64,000 bases of DNA from Chloroflexota bacterium (GCA_034422315.1 DAOUJT010000003.1:17571-81570), one strand, 5' to 3'; counted from the stretch's first letter, positions 1 to 9,679 are shown. The notes: generated by a model not told the origin, from the sequence alone. A program made the numbers and translations.

Positions 1-173
1 CCGGCGGCGATGGCCGCGCCAACTACAGCGACATGTGGAGCGCCCTTCGCCGGCTTGGACACGTCGAAGAAGTCGCGAACTGGAAAGCCGGCGGTGAGAC
101 CGACCTAAGCTCAACCCGCCACGAACTCCGCTCGTTGGGCGACTGGGACCTCAGCTACCACACGCCTGGCTAG
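1..173 (+). CDS. 3' end of a truncated gene (hypothetical protein, C-terminal about 56 aa)
   Basis: Open frame from the window edge to TAG at 171-173 (…GGDGRANYSDMWSALRRLGHVEEVANWKAGGETDLSSTRHELRSLGDWDLSYHTPG*). GC3-rich codons resemble neighbouring genes. Too short for the ORF track. Confidence 0.35.
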   Translation, partial: GGDGRANYSDMWSALRRLGHVEEVANWKAGGETDLSSTRHELRSLGDWDLSYHTPG

Positions 174-214
174 GGCGCCGGCCGCAGATCCCGATCGGCT
201 CGGCTTAGACTCTC

Positions 215-1159
215 TCAGGCCACGCGGTACTTCAGGGCCTGCCCAGCCTCGATCCGCGCAAAGTTGTCGCGCACCACTTCCGTGGTTCCGCGCAGAAAGA
301 TGTCGCAAGCCGACGCCCCGTGTGGGGTCGCAAAGACCTCGCGCTCAAGTACCGGATCGGCGGGATCGATCGGTTCCTCCCAGAACACGTCCAAGCCGGC
401 GGCCCGCAGCCTTCCGCTGTCAAGCGCGTCGATCAGCGGCTGGCGCTGGACCACGGGGCCGCGGGATACGTTGACCAGGACGGATCCGTCCGGCATGGAA
501 TCCAGCACGGACTGGTCGACCAGGCCATGCGTCTCATCCGTCAGCGGCACGGACAGCACCACAAAGCCGCAGTCGCGCACCGCCTCGGTCAGGCGGTCGG
601 CGGTGTAAAGCTCGGTGAGCCCCAGCCGTTGCGCCAGCTCGGGATCCGGCGTTCGCTTGACGCCAATCAGGGTCGACCTAAACGGCTTCAGCAGACGGGC
701 GATTTCGCTGCCAACGCCTCCAACACCCACGATGCAAACGCGAGCGTCGAAGAGCGACGCGCCAAACGGCACGGCAATCGAGCGCGCCGCCAGCGTCCGA
801 AGGTGCGTCGGCAACTGCCGCCCGGCGGCAATCAGGTGCATCAGCGCAAACTCGGCCACCGCCTTGCCGATTCCGGAGGGTCCGGCCGGGGCATTAGCCA
901 CTGGAATGTCGCGGGCACGTGCAGCCTCAAGATCGACGTGATCGACTCCGATCCCGAACTGCTGAATCAGGCGAAGGCGTGTCGCGGATTCAATGGTGGC
1001 GGCATCGATGGGCGTACGTGCCGGGATGATCACCTCGGCGCTCGGCGCGTCCGCGGCCAGTGCGTCAGGCTCGGTTGGGACGATCTCGTGCTCGGGCAGC
1101 GCTTCTCGAAGCACATCCGTGATCGCCGCCAGGTCCGGGCTGCACATCAGTACCCGCAT
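215..1159 (-). CDS. D-isomer-specific 2-hydroxyacid dehydrogenase family (phosphoglycerate/glyoxylate reductase-like)
   Basis: 314 aa. Has the NAD-binding GVGGVGSEIARLL Rossmann motif and the typical C-terminal ...GLDVFWEEP...TPH motif of this family. Confidence 0.85.
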   Translation of the reverse strand: MRVLMCSPDLAAITDVLREALPEHEIVPTEPDALAADAPSAEVIIPARTPIDAATIESATRLRLIQQFGIGVDHVDLEAARARDIPVANAPAGPSGIGKAVAEFALMHLIAAGRQLPTHLRTLAARSIAVPFGASLFDARVCIVGVGGVGSEIARLLKPFRSTLIGVKRTPDPELAQRLGLTELYTADRLTEAVRDCGFVVLSVPLTDETHGLVDQSVLDSMPDGSVLVNVSRGPVVQRQPLIDALDSGRLRAAGLDVFWEEPIDPADPVLEREVFATPHGASACDIFLRGTTEVVRDNFARIEAGQALKYRVA

Positions 1160-1189
1160 TGGAGGTCCCTTTCTTAAGACGCCACGCGA

Positions 1190-2515
1190 TTACCCCGCCG
1201 ACGCCTTACAGGCCGCCAGGGCGTCGTCCACGATCTCCAGCGTCCGATCCACGTCGTCCTCGCTGTGCGCGATCGAGATGTAGAACTTCTCGTTCGGCAC
1301 GATCAGGATTCCCCGCTTCACGCATTCAATGGCAAACTGCGTCCCCATGTCGCGGTCGTTATCCAGCAAGTCAACCCATTGCGTCGGGTTGGCGTTCTCC
1401 ATGAAGCGCACGCCAAACACCATGTCCTCGCCCAACGCTTGTATGGCGATGCCGTGTCGACGCCCGGCCTCCTCGATACCGGCCCGCAGACGACCGCCGA
1501 TGCGGTGCAACTGGTCGTAGACGCCTGGCTCGCCGAGGACTTCCATGGCGGCCAGCGCCGCCGTTGCGGCGACGGGGTTTCCGTTGAACGTCCCGCTGGC
1601 CCAGGCAATCGTGCTTGGCGCCCGGCCCACGTTGCCGTACAGGTCCATGATGTCCCGGCGGCCCGCAATCACGGCTAACGGAAAGCCACCGGCCATCGCC
1701 TTGCCGTAGCAGGCCATGTCGGGCACCACGCCGTAGGCCTCCTGCGCGCCACCCCACGCCAGCCGGAAGCCCGTCACGATCTCGTCATAGATCATCACGA
1801 TGCCGTGCCGATCACAAGCTTCTCGCACCGACTCCAGGAATCCGGGAACCGGCCGCAGCACGCGCTGCAGCGGTTCGATGATGATCCCCGCGAGTTCGTC
1901 CGCGTACTCCTCGATGACCTGCAGAGCAAACTCGGTGTCGTTGTACGGCGCCACCAGGATCTCGTCGGCCAGCACCCCCGGAATACCCAGCGAGTCGGGT
2001 TCCGCGTGCGGATAGTCGCTGGCCTCTCCCGGGACCGTGCCAAACATGGCGAAGTCGCCGGTTCCGTGCCAGCCGCCCTCGAACTTCAAGATCTTTGGCC
2101 GGCCGGTGAATGCCCTCGCCGCACGCAGCGACAAGAACGTTGCGTCGGAACCAGTCGTCACGTATCGAACCTGCTCGGCGCAGGGAACGGCCTCGATCAC
2201 TTGCTCCGCCAGCCGGATGGCCGGTTCGTTCAGGAAGTAGAACGTCGTCCCCTGGCGAATCTGGTGCTCGACGGCTTCCAGGATCCGCGGGTGGCAGTGA
2301 CCAACCAGCATGGGCCCGGAACCCATCAGGTAGTCGATGTACTCCCGGCCGTCAACGCTGATCAGATGACTGCCGCGCCCTTCGCGAATCACAACATCCT
2401 CGGAGCGCGGGAGCATCAGAAAGCCAAGGGCGCCGCCGCTGAGCACGTTGCCGGCGAGTTCAAGGAGTTCGCCATTCGGGGCGGACGTCTGGCCCGGTTG
2501 TGTCGAGGCTGGCAC
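1190..2515 (-). CDS. Class III PLP aminotransferase (glutamate-1-semialdehyde aminomutase-like)
   Basis: 441 aa. Motifs GSGPMLVGHCHPRILEAV, ...IYDEIVTGFR... and the PLP-Lys context CYGKAMAGGFP. Confidence 0.85.
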   Translation of the reverse strand: MPASTQPGQTSAPNGELLELAGNVLSGGALGFLMLPRSEDVVIREGRGSHLISVDGREYIDYLMGSGPMLVGHCHPRILEAVEHQIRQGTTFYFLNEPAIRLAEQVIEAVPCAEQVRYVTTGSDATFLSLRAARAFTGRPKILKFEGGWHGTGDFAMFGTVPGEASDYPHAEPDSLGIPGVLADEILVAPYNDTEFALQVIEEYADELAGIIIEPLQRVLRPVPGFLESVREACDRHGIVMIYDEIVTGFRLAWGGAQEAYGVVPDMACYGKAMAGGFPLAVIAGRRDIMDLYGNVGRAPSTIAWASGTFNGNPVAATAALAAMEVLGEPGVYDQLHRIGGRLRAGIEEAGRRHGIAIQALGEDMVFGVRFMENANPTQWVDLLDNDRDMGTQFAIECVKRGILIVPNEKFYISIAHSEDDVDRTLEIVDDALAACKASAG

Positions 2516-2644
2516 CAGTCACCTGGCCTTCTGGAAACCGCCGCAACAGCCGGCGGCGCTGGGTCGCGCATACTACACGCGGCACCGAGCCGATCGGTTG
2601 CCGGACCTGAGTCGCGGAGATTTCGGAATGGCGGAGATCAGATC

Positions 2645-3694
2645 ATGAGCGCCAGCGCCCCCGGCTCTTCTCGAGTCAGGATTGCCCTGATAGGCGCTGG
2701 CGGCTTCGGCACCTATACGACCGAGTTGATCGATCGGCAGCCCGAGATCGAACTGGTCGGTGTTGCCGACACCGACGGCGACAAGGCCGAGCGCCTTGGG
2801 CACGATCGCGGCGTGCCGTTCTGGACCGACCACCGAGCGTTACTGGACGAGTGCGACTGCGACGCGGTCGCCCTCGTGACAACCCACTCGACGCATCGCG
2901 ACATCGCCGTGGACGCCGCGGCCGCGGGACGCCACATCTTCTGCGAAAAGACAATGGCCATAACCGTTGCCGATTGCCACGACATGGTGGAAGCGGCCGA
3001 CATGAATAACGTCAAACTCATGGTCGGCCACAAGCGCCGCTTCCGACCGGCCTCGGTTGCCCTCAAGCAGGCCCTGGCGACCGATGGACTCGGACGCCCC
3101 CTCGCCGTCAACGTTCGCGGCTTCTTTGGCCGTCGCATTACCGGCTTCTGGCGCGAGCGAGCCCTATGCGGCGGGTTGCTTTACTGGGCCGGAGTTCATG
3201 ACGTGGACACGTTGCGCTATCTCTTTGGCGAAGTGGCCTCCGTATACGCCGTGCTCGGACCCAAGGTCCGACCCGAGGTCTCGGATCAGGAAGACGCCAT
3301 CTCGGTCGCGCTCACGTTTCAGAGCGGAATGGTCGGCTCGCTGCAGGTATCCACTTTCTATCCGATGGCCACTTATCAGACCGCGTTCGGATTCGACGTT
3401 GTCGGTGAGCGCGGCGGCATCAGCTACAACCCGCACGACCTCACCATCACCACCCAGCTCGAAGACCAGCCTCCCGACATTGTTCGCCTTGAGCACAACT
3501 CGCCCGACGGCGCCTACGACAAGGAGTGGTCCAGCTTCGCCGCCTGGGTGCTCCGCGACGAAGACCCCGTATTGACCGGCGAGGACGGACTGCGTTGCGT
3601 GGAGATCCTCCAGGCCGCGTACTTGAGCGCGGCAACGGGATCGCGAGTCGACCTCCCGCTCGACCGCGACGAGCGGCGTCCGTTTGACGGATAG
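2645..3694 (+). CDS. Gfo/Idh/MocA family NAD(P) oxidoreductase
   Basis: The track ORF 1805-3694 is an upstream read-through. The in-frame ATG at 2645 gives MSASAPGSSRVRIALIGAGGFG... (Rossmann GxGxxG) and the EKTMA motif. Confidence 0.85.
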   Translation: MSASAPGSSRVRIALIGAGGFGTYTTELIDRQPEIELVGVADTDGDKAERLGHDRGVPFWTDHRALLDECDCDAVALVTTHSTHRDIAVDAAAAGRHIFCEKTMAITVADCHDMVEAADMNNVKLMVGHKRRFRPASVALKQALATDGLGRPLAVNVRGFFGRRITGFWRERALCGGLLYWAGVHDVDTLRYLFGEVASVYAVLGPKVRPEVSDQEDAISVALTFQSGMVGSLQVSTFYPMATYQTAFGFDVVGERGGISYNPHDLTITTQLEDQPPDIVRLEHNSPDGAYDKEWSSFAAWVLRDEDPVLTGEDGLRCVEILQAAYLSAATGSRVDLPLDRDERRPFDG

Positions 3695-3705
3695 GCGCCG
3701 GCGCC

Positions 3706-4527
3706 ATGCGCATCGCCTGCGTCCAGATCGCCACCGTTGACGGCGAGATCGAAGCCAACCGCGCGCGTGCCCTCGGCCTCACGGAACAGGCGCTGGCCAA
3801 CAGCCCGGATCTGGTGATCCTTCCGGAACTGGTCACCACCGGCTATTGCACCGACGACTACACGACGGTCGCGGAGGATCTGGAAGGAGTGACCGTTCGG
3901 GCCTTCGTTGATCTGGCAGCCTCGTCCGGCGCTTGTATCGCCTTTGGTCTTGTAACCCGCACGACCGGTGGCCAACCGCAAAACGGCAGCGTGGTCATTG
4001 GCCCCCACGGCGTGATCGGCACGTACGCCAAGTCCCACATGTGCGTGAACGACGACCCGCGCGTGGACGAATCCACAGCGTTCGCCCGCGGCGAGGCGCT
4101 GGGGCTGTTCGACCTCGGCGGGGCCAGAGTCGGAGTGATGATCTGCTATGACGGTCACCACGGCGAGTTGCCGGTCGCCCTGGTCGCCGGCGGCGCCGAT
4201 GTGCTGATCTGGCTGAACAACCGTACGTCCATGCCGGTCTGGGAAGCTTCCGCGATCGCCAAATTCAATCGCGTGCCAGTCGCGGCCGTGAATCGAGTCG
4301 GCACAGCCGGCTGGCAGCCGGTCGGCGCGCCGAAGAGGTTCTTCACCGGCGTCTCGGCAGTCGTCGATCATGAGGGCGAGATCATCGCCGCCGCTCATGG
4401 CGGGGAAGAAACCGTGGTCGTCGGCGACGTCGATATCGAGGCCGGACGCCAACGCCGCAACAGTCACGTGCTGAACACGCTGCGGAGTCGGCGTCCCGAC
4501 CTTTACGCTCTGACCCGGGTATCGTAG
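3706..4527 (+). CDS. Carbon-nitrogen hydrolase (nitrilase superfamily amidase)
   Basis: 273 aa. The Glu-Lys-Cys triad contexts are visible: ILPELV, YAKSHM, VMICYDG. Confidence 0.85.
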   Translation: MRIACVQIATVDGEIEANRARALGLTEQALANSPDLVILPELVTTGYCTDDYTTVAEDLEGVTVRAFVDLAASSGACIAFGLVTRTTGGQPQNGSVVIGPHGVIGTYAKSHMCVNDDPRVDESTAFARGEALGLFDLGGARVGVMICYDGHHGELPVALVAGGADVLIWLNNRTSMPVWEASAIAKFNRVPVAAVNRVGTAGWQPVGAPKRFFTGVSAVVDHEGEIIAAAHGGEETVVVGDVDIEAGRQRRNSHVLNTLRSRRPDLYALTRVS

Positions 4528-4563
4528 TCGCTGATTCCGCCCGAACCGGCGCTCGTTGCGGCT

Positions 4564-5553
4564 ATGATGCGCGCCGGTGTTCGGCACAATTCCTTGAATC
4601 GGGGCGATAGCGTGGCAGCCGTCGGGCAGTTTGTGGGTCAATCCGCATCGGAAGCGCCCGTCCGCAGCGAATGGAACCTGGCCTGGCGTCGCCTTCGACG
4701 CAACAAAGCAGCCATGGCCGGATTGGTTGTTCTGGTCGTGATTTCGCTGGCCGCGGTCTTTGCCGACTTCATTGCCACCGAAGCCGAGAATGACTTCGAC
4801 ATCCCGTCGACAGGGCTGCCTCCGCTCGCCGAACGCCTGGATCCAACCGACGACTGGCGGCCCTGGGGTCAGCGACACCTCCTGGGAACCGACGACATTG
4901 GTCGGGATGTGTTCAGCCGGATCGTGCGAGGTGCGCGGATTTCCCTGCGGATCGGATTCTCGGCGGTCACGATATCGTTGATTGTCGGCAGCGTTCTTGG
5001 TCTCGTGTCGGGTTACTTCCGCCGCTGGCCGGATATGGTCATCAGCCGAATCCTGGACGTGATGCTGGCGTTTCCCGGGATCCTGCTGGCGATGACGGTT
5101 GTCGCGTCGCTTGGGCCGGGGCTTAACAACGCCATGCTCGCGTTGGGTGTGGCCGGCATCCCGTTTTATGGTCGCGTGGTGCGCGGTACCACGCTCGCCG
5201 CGCGGGACCTCACGTATGTTCGCGCGGCGCGGGCCGTCGGCATGTCCGATGTGCGCATCATGCTGCGCCACATCCTGCCCAATGTCATCAGTCCCGTTCT
5301 GATCATGGCGACGCTCGGCCTGGGCGGCGCCATCCTCGCGTCCGCCACACTCAGCTTCCTGGGCCTCGGCGCGGAATCTCCGGCGCCTGAATGGGGATAC
5401 GAGCTATCCAAGAGCCGCAACCTGTTGCGCGAGTACTGGTGGATTGCCACATTCAACGGATTCGCCATTGCAATTACCGTACTCTCCATCAACCTCCTGG
5501 GAGACGGGCTGCGTGAAGCGCTCGATCCCCAGGCCAGTTCGTGGTCCGATTAG
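4564..5553 (+). CDS. ABC transporter permease, DppC/OppC type (peptide/opine/nickel family)
   Basis: 329 aa. N-terminal WRRLRRNKAAMAGLVVL segment, multiple TM segments and an EAA-like loop (…ARAVGMSDVRIMLRHILPN…). The start is uncertain (ATG 4564 or GTG 4612). Confidence 0.85.
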   Translation: MMRAGVRHNSLNRGDSVAAVGQFVGQSASEAPVRSEWNLAWRRLRRNKAAMAGLVVLVVISLAAVFADFIATEAENDFDIPSTGLPPLAERLDPTDDWRPWGQRHLLGTDDIGRDVFSRIVRGARISLRIGFSAVTISLIVGSVLGLVSGYFRRWPDMVISRILDVMLAFPGILLAMTVVASLGPGLNNAMLALGVAGIPFYGRVVRGTTLAARDLTYVRAARAVGMSDVRIMLRHILPNVISPVLIMATLGLGGAILASATLSFLGLGAESPAPEWGYELSKSRNLLREYWWIATFNGFAIAITVLSINLLGDGLREALDPQASSWSD

Positions 5554-5648
5554 CTGAGCTTCGACTCCGTGGCATTCCGCGCGTGCATTCGGTACGCTAT
5601 CGCATTCGTCGAGGCGCCGTCGTAGCGCGCCTCAATGGGAGGTTACAC

Positions 5649-7631
5649 ATGATCAAGACGCCGAGCGTGAGCCGGCGGCTGGTTCTTCGGACTGGCTTGG
5701 CCGGCTTGGCTGGTGGCGTCGGGGCGGCTGCATTGGCGGCCTGCGGTGAGACTCAGGTCGTCACCAAGGAAGTCCCGGTCGAGACCACAGTCGTAAAGGA
5801 AGTCCCGGTCGAGAAGATCGTCCGTGAGACCGAAGTCAGGGAGGTCCCGGTCGAGAGGATCGTGACCCAGCAGGTCGAGAAGATCGTGACCAGGACGGTC
5901 GAAGTCAAACAGGTCGTCGAAGTACCTGTCGAGGTCGAGAAGGTTGTCGAGGTTGAGAAGATCGTTGAGAAGGTCGTGGAGAAAATCGTCGAGCAGGCCG
6001 CCGAACGCGCGCCCGGCATCGACATCTACAACCTCGACGAGTCCGTGGCCATCGGCGCCAAGCCGTGGGACCCCAAGCCGGGTGGCGAAGTCAGTTACAT
6101 GACCTTCGGCAATCCCACCGGCTTTGACCCGGCCACGTGGGGCGGCCGCAGCGCTGAGCCCGCAGCCGCGATGTACGACCTGCTGTACACCTACGGCAAG
6201 GGCAACCTGATCTATCCGCACCTGGCGGCTGACCTGCCGGAACCCGCGGACGACAAGCTCTCGTGGGTCATCCCGCTGCGCAACGACGTCGTGTTCCACG
6301 ACGGCGAACCGTTTAACGCCGACGCGGCCGTCTTCAACTTCCAGCGCTTCCTGGACCCGGATCTGGCCCGCGGCCACGTCATTCGCGACGTTGCGTCCAT
6401 GGGCAGCGTGGAGAAGGTGGACGACTTCAAGATTCGAATCAGCACTCCACAGCCGCAGTCGCCTCCGTCGTTCCTTCACTCCATCGCCCACCAGCACACG
6501 GGCATGGCCTCTCCCAAGGCGGTGACGGAACGCGGCGAGGCCTTCAGCCGTGATCCCGTTGGCACCGGCCCTTTCAAGTGGTCGGGCGTTTGGGAAGATG
6601 ACGTCAAGGTTGTCTTCGACCGCAACGAGGACTACAACTGGGGCCCGTCGTTCCTCGCGCACCAGGGTGCGCCGTACCCGGACCGGATGCGTCTCCAGAT
6701 TCTTGGGTACAACATGACGGACAACGCCGCCGCCTTTGAGGCCGGCGAGGTTGATATCTGTCTCAACTGGTCCTTCGCGGACTACAAGCGGGTGTCCGAG
6801 AACGCCAAGTACCACGTCATCGGCTACGCCGCTCCCGGTATGGGCCAGTACATGCCGCTGCACACGCAGCTCTGGCCGCTGGACGACCTGAACGTGCGAA
6901 AGGCCCTGCTGTTCGGCGTCGACCGCCGGACGGTCACGGTGCGCGCCAACGGCGGTACCGCCCCGCTCAACATCAGCAACCTGCTGGTTCCGGGCACAAT
7001 CGGCCGCAGCGCCGAGGCCGGCAAGCTCTACTCATACGATGTGGGCATTGCCAACCAGATCCTCGACGAGGCCGGCTACGCCAAGGGCGAGGACGGCTTC
7101 CGCTATGCCTCGGACGGCCGGCGGCTGGAAATCAGCTATCCGGACCGCGGCGACCCGGTGGTCGAGTTGTTCAAGCTGGATGTGGAGAAGAACCTCGGCA
7201 TCTTCGTGGATATCCCCAAGATGGATGGCGCCACACACCGTGAAGGCGCTTCCAAGGGTCTGTACCACACCACATGGATCGGTGTTGCGGCGCCTAGCGG
7301 CGACGTGATGTACGACCGATTCCACACTGCCTCGTATGGCGGAGCCAACCGCTCCTACTCGTTCTTCGAGTTCGACGGTATTCCCGAGTCGGCCACGCCA
7401 AACGCGAAGATTGACGGGCTGCTTGAGGCGGCGCGTGCGAGCTTTGACGCGGAAGAGGCCAAGGCGCTCTGGGAAGAGGCCGAGCTCTACCTGATGGAGA
7501 ACGCGGTTGCGATCCCGCTGGTCCACGACTACCTGCCGTGGCTGACGAACCCCGACCGCATCGGCGGCGAGTTGTTCCTCGGAATCGACTACCTGCCGTT
7601 CTTCGGTCAGTTCTACAGCACCCAGGAGTAG
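5649..7631 (+). CDS. ABC substrate-binding lipoprotein, family 5 (peptide/opine/nickel type), with Tat-like signal and repeat tether
   Basis: In-frame ATG at 5649 preceded by GGGAGG. N-terminus MIKTPSVSRRLVLRTGLAGLAGGVGAAALAAC has an SRRxxL twin-Arg-like motif and an LAAC lipobox. An 80-aa repeat linker follows, then an SBP_bac_5-like body. Confidence 0.9.
   Translation: MIKTPSVSRRLVLRTGLAGLAGGVGAAALAACGETQVVTKEVPVETTVVKEVPVEKIVRETEVREVPVERIVTQQVEKIVTRTVEVKQVVEVPVEVEKVVEVEKIVEKVVEKIVEQAAERAPGIDIYNLDESVAIGAKPWDPKPGGEVSYMTFGNPTGFDPATWGGRSAEPAAAMYDLLYTYGKGNLIYPHLAADLPEPADDKLSWVIPLRNDVVFHDGEPFNADAAVFNFQRFLDPDLARGHVIRDVASMGSVEKVDDFKIRISTPQPQSPPSFLHSIAHQHTGMASPKAVTERGEAFSRDPVGTGPFKWSGVWEDDVKVVFDRNEDYNWGPSFLAHQGAPYPDRMRLQILGYNMTDNAAAFEAGEVDICLNWSFADYKRVSENAKYHVIGYAAPGMGQYMPLHTQLWPLDDLNVRKALLFGVDRRTVTVRANGGTAPLNISNLLVPGTIGRSAEAGKLYSYDVGIANQILDEAGYAKGEDGFRYASDGRRLEISYPDRGDPVVELFKLDVEKNLGIFVDIPKMDGATHREGASKGLYHTTWIGVAAPSGDVMYDRFHTASYGGANRSYSFFEFDGIPESATPNAKIDGLLEAARASFDAEEAKALWEEAELYLMENAVAIPLVHDYLPWLTNPDRIGGELFLGIDYLPFFGQFYSTQE
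5757..5996 (+). repeat. Degenerate in-frame tandem repeats encoding a (V/I)xKEVPVE / VEKIV tether
   Basis: Translation VVTKEVPVETTVVKEVPVEKIVRETEVREVPVERIVTQQVEKIVTRTVEVKQVVEVPVEVEKVVEVEKIVEKVVEKIVEQ follows directly after the lipobox Cys. The nucleotide motif gaagtcccggtcga recurs. Confidence 0.8.
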
Positions 7632-7648
7632 ATTCGGACGCAATGCGA

Positions 7649-7684
7649 AAGGCGTCCGGCCGGCTGATGCCGGCCGGACGCCTT
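7649..7684 (+). terminator. Perfect 16-bp GC-rich stem-loop just after the SBP stop codon (intra-operon attenuator or mRNA stabiliser; no U-tract)
   Basis: AAGGCGTCCGGCCGGC-tgat-GCCGGCCGGACGCCTT, 18 nt after the TAG at 7629-7631 and 34 nt before the next permease gene. Confidence 0.5.
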
Positions 7685-7717
7685 CTCGCACAATACCGTC
7701 CGGAAAACGGCTGAGCG

Positions 7718-8695
7718 ATGGGCGCTTACATCCTGCGTCGCGGGCTCTACACCATCCCCGTCCTATTCGGGGTGTTGTTGTCCGTATTCATCCTGATGCG
7801 CCTCGTTCCCGGCGATCCCATCGCGCTGTTCTATTCGACGGGCGGTGTTGGAGATTCGGGGGCCACCGCCGGGAGTGGCGGTGAAGTCAGCCGGGCCGCG
7901 CTGGAAAAACTGCGCGAGAGCTACAACCTCGACAAGTCCGTACCGCACCAGTTTGTGCTGTACGTCAGGGACGTGTTCCGCGCCGACTTTGGCGATTCAA
8001 TCCAATATCGTCGCCCGGTCACCGACATCATCAAGGATCACGCACCCGCCACCATTCAACTCACGTTGTCCGGCATGGCTGTGGCTCTTGCCATTGGTTT
8101 GGGCGCGGGCATCCTCTCGGCTATTCGACGCCACACCTGGGTCGACTACGGCGCCCAGATCTTCGCCATTCTTGGCGTGTCGTTCCCTAGCTTCTTCCTG
8201 GCAACCATCCTTATCTTGATCTTCGCCATCAACCTGAATTGGCTGCCCGTGATCTCAAATGGCATCGGCCCACAGCTCATCATGCCGGCCATCACGCTCG
8301 GAACCGCGGCGGCGGCGATTCTGGCCCGGCTCACCCGCTCGTCGATGCTTGACGTCCTCTCCCGTGACTACATTCGCACGGCACGGGCCAAGGGCGTAGG
8401 CGAACGGAATGTCATCTGGGTGCATGGCCTTCGCAATGCCATGATTCCCGTCCTTACGGTAGTTGGCCTGGAGTTTGGCTCACTCCTGGGCGGCGCAGTC
8501 GCTATCGAAGCCGTCTTTTTTCGCCAGGGTCTCGGATTACGTCTGGTCGATGCCATCGAAGCCCGCGACTACCCCGTCATTCAGGCCCTCGTCCTGCTTG
8601 CCGCCGTCGTATACGCCGTTGTGAATCTCCTGGTAGATATCCTGTACACGTATGTTGATCCACGCGTGCGGCTGACCGATCAAAAAGCGAACTGA
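7718..8695 (+). CDS. ABC transporter permease, DppB/OppB type
   Basis: 325 aa. N-terminus MGAYILRRGLYTIPVLFGV is typical of DppB/OppB. EAA loop YIRTARAKGVGERNVIWVHGLRNA. Confidence 0.9.
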   Translation: MGAYILRRGLYTIPVLFGVLLSVFILMRLVPGDPIALFYSTGGVGDSGATAGSGGEVSRAALEKLRESYNLDKSVPHQFVLYVRDVFRADFGDSIQYRRPVTDIIKDHAPATIQLTLSGMAVALAIGLGAGILSAIRRHTWVDYGAQIFAILGVSFPSFFLATILILIFAINLNWLPVISNGIGPQLIMPAITLGTAAAAILARLTRSSMLDVLSRDYIRTARAKGVGERNVIWVHGLRNAMIPVLTVVGLEFGSLLGGAVAIEAVFFRQGLGLRLVDAIEARDYPVIQALVLLAAVVYAVVNLLVDILYTYVDPRVRLTDQKAN

Positions 8696-8737
8696 GCATC
8701 ACGGACCCGGCAGGTTCCTCGTAGCCTCTCGCGTCGC

Positions 8738-9679
8738 GTGAAACTCTGCATCTCCACGGCCTGCTACCGCTGGATGCTCGACCCGCATCGGCGTCGCGAC
8801 CGTCCTGAGCACCGCAACTTCGGCTGGCCCCCGACCTTTCTGCAGACCGAGTCTTCCCCCAATCCCGGTGTCATGCGCCACGACTGGATGCTGCACAAGA
8901 CTCGCGACCTGGGCCTGGAGGGCTTCTACATGCACGCCGCGGACGTTGGCGACGGTCCGACTGTGGAGGGCTTCGGCGCCGCCATGCGAGCCGCCGGGCT
9001 TGTCTTCAACGGCGGCCTCAGCGCCAATTGGGCCGCCACTGCCAACGAGTGGGACTCCGAGTACCGGGAACGTGCCATCGAACACGTCGAACTCAACGCT
9101 CGCAGCGGCGCGAACATCGCCACCGTCACCCACCTCATGGCGGGCATGCACAACCACTTCAGCACCGATCCGCCAATCGGCGAACAAGTCGAGCGCGCCA
9201 TCCGGAACTTCAGCACCATCCTGCCGGCCTGCCGGGAGCATGGCGTAACGCTTGCCTTCGAGAACCACATGGATTACCGCCTCAGCGAGGTCGTGGCCGT
9301 TGTCGAGGCGCTCGACTCCGAGTTCGCCCGGATCACCCTGGACACAGCCAATCCATTCCTGGTGCTAGAGGACCCTCTTGAAGGTGCACGACTGGCCGCG
9401 CCCTACACCGTCGCGGCCCACCTCAAGGACTTCACGGTCCATCCGCTCACCGAGACCTGGGAACCGGAACTCCACTGGGCGCCGGTCGGTCGCGGCGACT
9501 CCCCGATCGCGGAGATTCTGGACCTGCTCCAGGCCGAGGCGCCGAACCCGGATGAACTCCTTGCTCATATCGAAATCGCCGGCTTGCCCCAGACGGATCC
9601 CGACCGCTGGGTCCGCGCCAGCATCGCGCACCTCCGGCGGCACGCCGCCGACCACTTCCCGAACCAGGCAGCGGCGTGA
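8738..9679 (+). CDS. Xylose isomerase-like TIM-barrel protein (sugar phosphate isomerase/epimerase family)
   Basis: 313 aa. Pattern ...TLAFENHMDY...ITLDTANPF...AAHLKD is typical of AP_endonuc_2/IolE-like barrels. Confidence 0.75.
   Translation: MKLCISTACYRWMLDPHRRRDRPEHRNFGWPPTFLQTESSPNPGVMRHDWMLHKTRDLGLEGFYMHAADVGDGPTVEGFGAAMRAAGLVFNGGLSANWAATANEWDSEYRERAIEHVELNARSGANIATVTHLMAGMHNHFSTDPPIGEQVERAIRNFSTILPACREHGVTLAFENHMDYRLSEVVAVVEALDSEFARITLDTANPFLVLEDPLEGARLAAPYTVAAHLKDFTVHPLTETWEPELHWAPVGRGDSPIAEILDLLQAEAPNPDELLAHIEIAGLPQTDPDRWVRASIAHLRRHAADHFPNQAAA

Noticed and set aside
1805-2644. 5' extension of the 629-aa ORF 1805-3694
   Set aside because: The extension is antisense to the class III aminotransferase gene and has no oxidoreductase similarity. 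The Rossmann motif begins right after the ATG at 2645.
3514-5271. 585-aa ORF on the minus strand
   Set aside because: It is antisense to the well-supported C-N hydrolase and DppC-like permease genes. The translation is Arg/Gly/Pro/His-rich with no motifs. This is a typical GC-rich shadow ORF.
5757-5996. Possibility that the periodic repeats are a CRISPR array or satellite
   Set aside because: The repeats are in-frame, degenerate and sit within a coding sequence. There are no unique spacers of constant length and no cas genes in the window.
5643-6863. 406-aa minus-strand ORF, plus the 90-aa ORF at 5753-6025
   Set aside because: Both are antisense to the family-5 SBP gene. The periodic LLD/FST patterns are just the mirror image of the VEKIV repeats.
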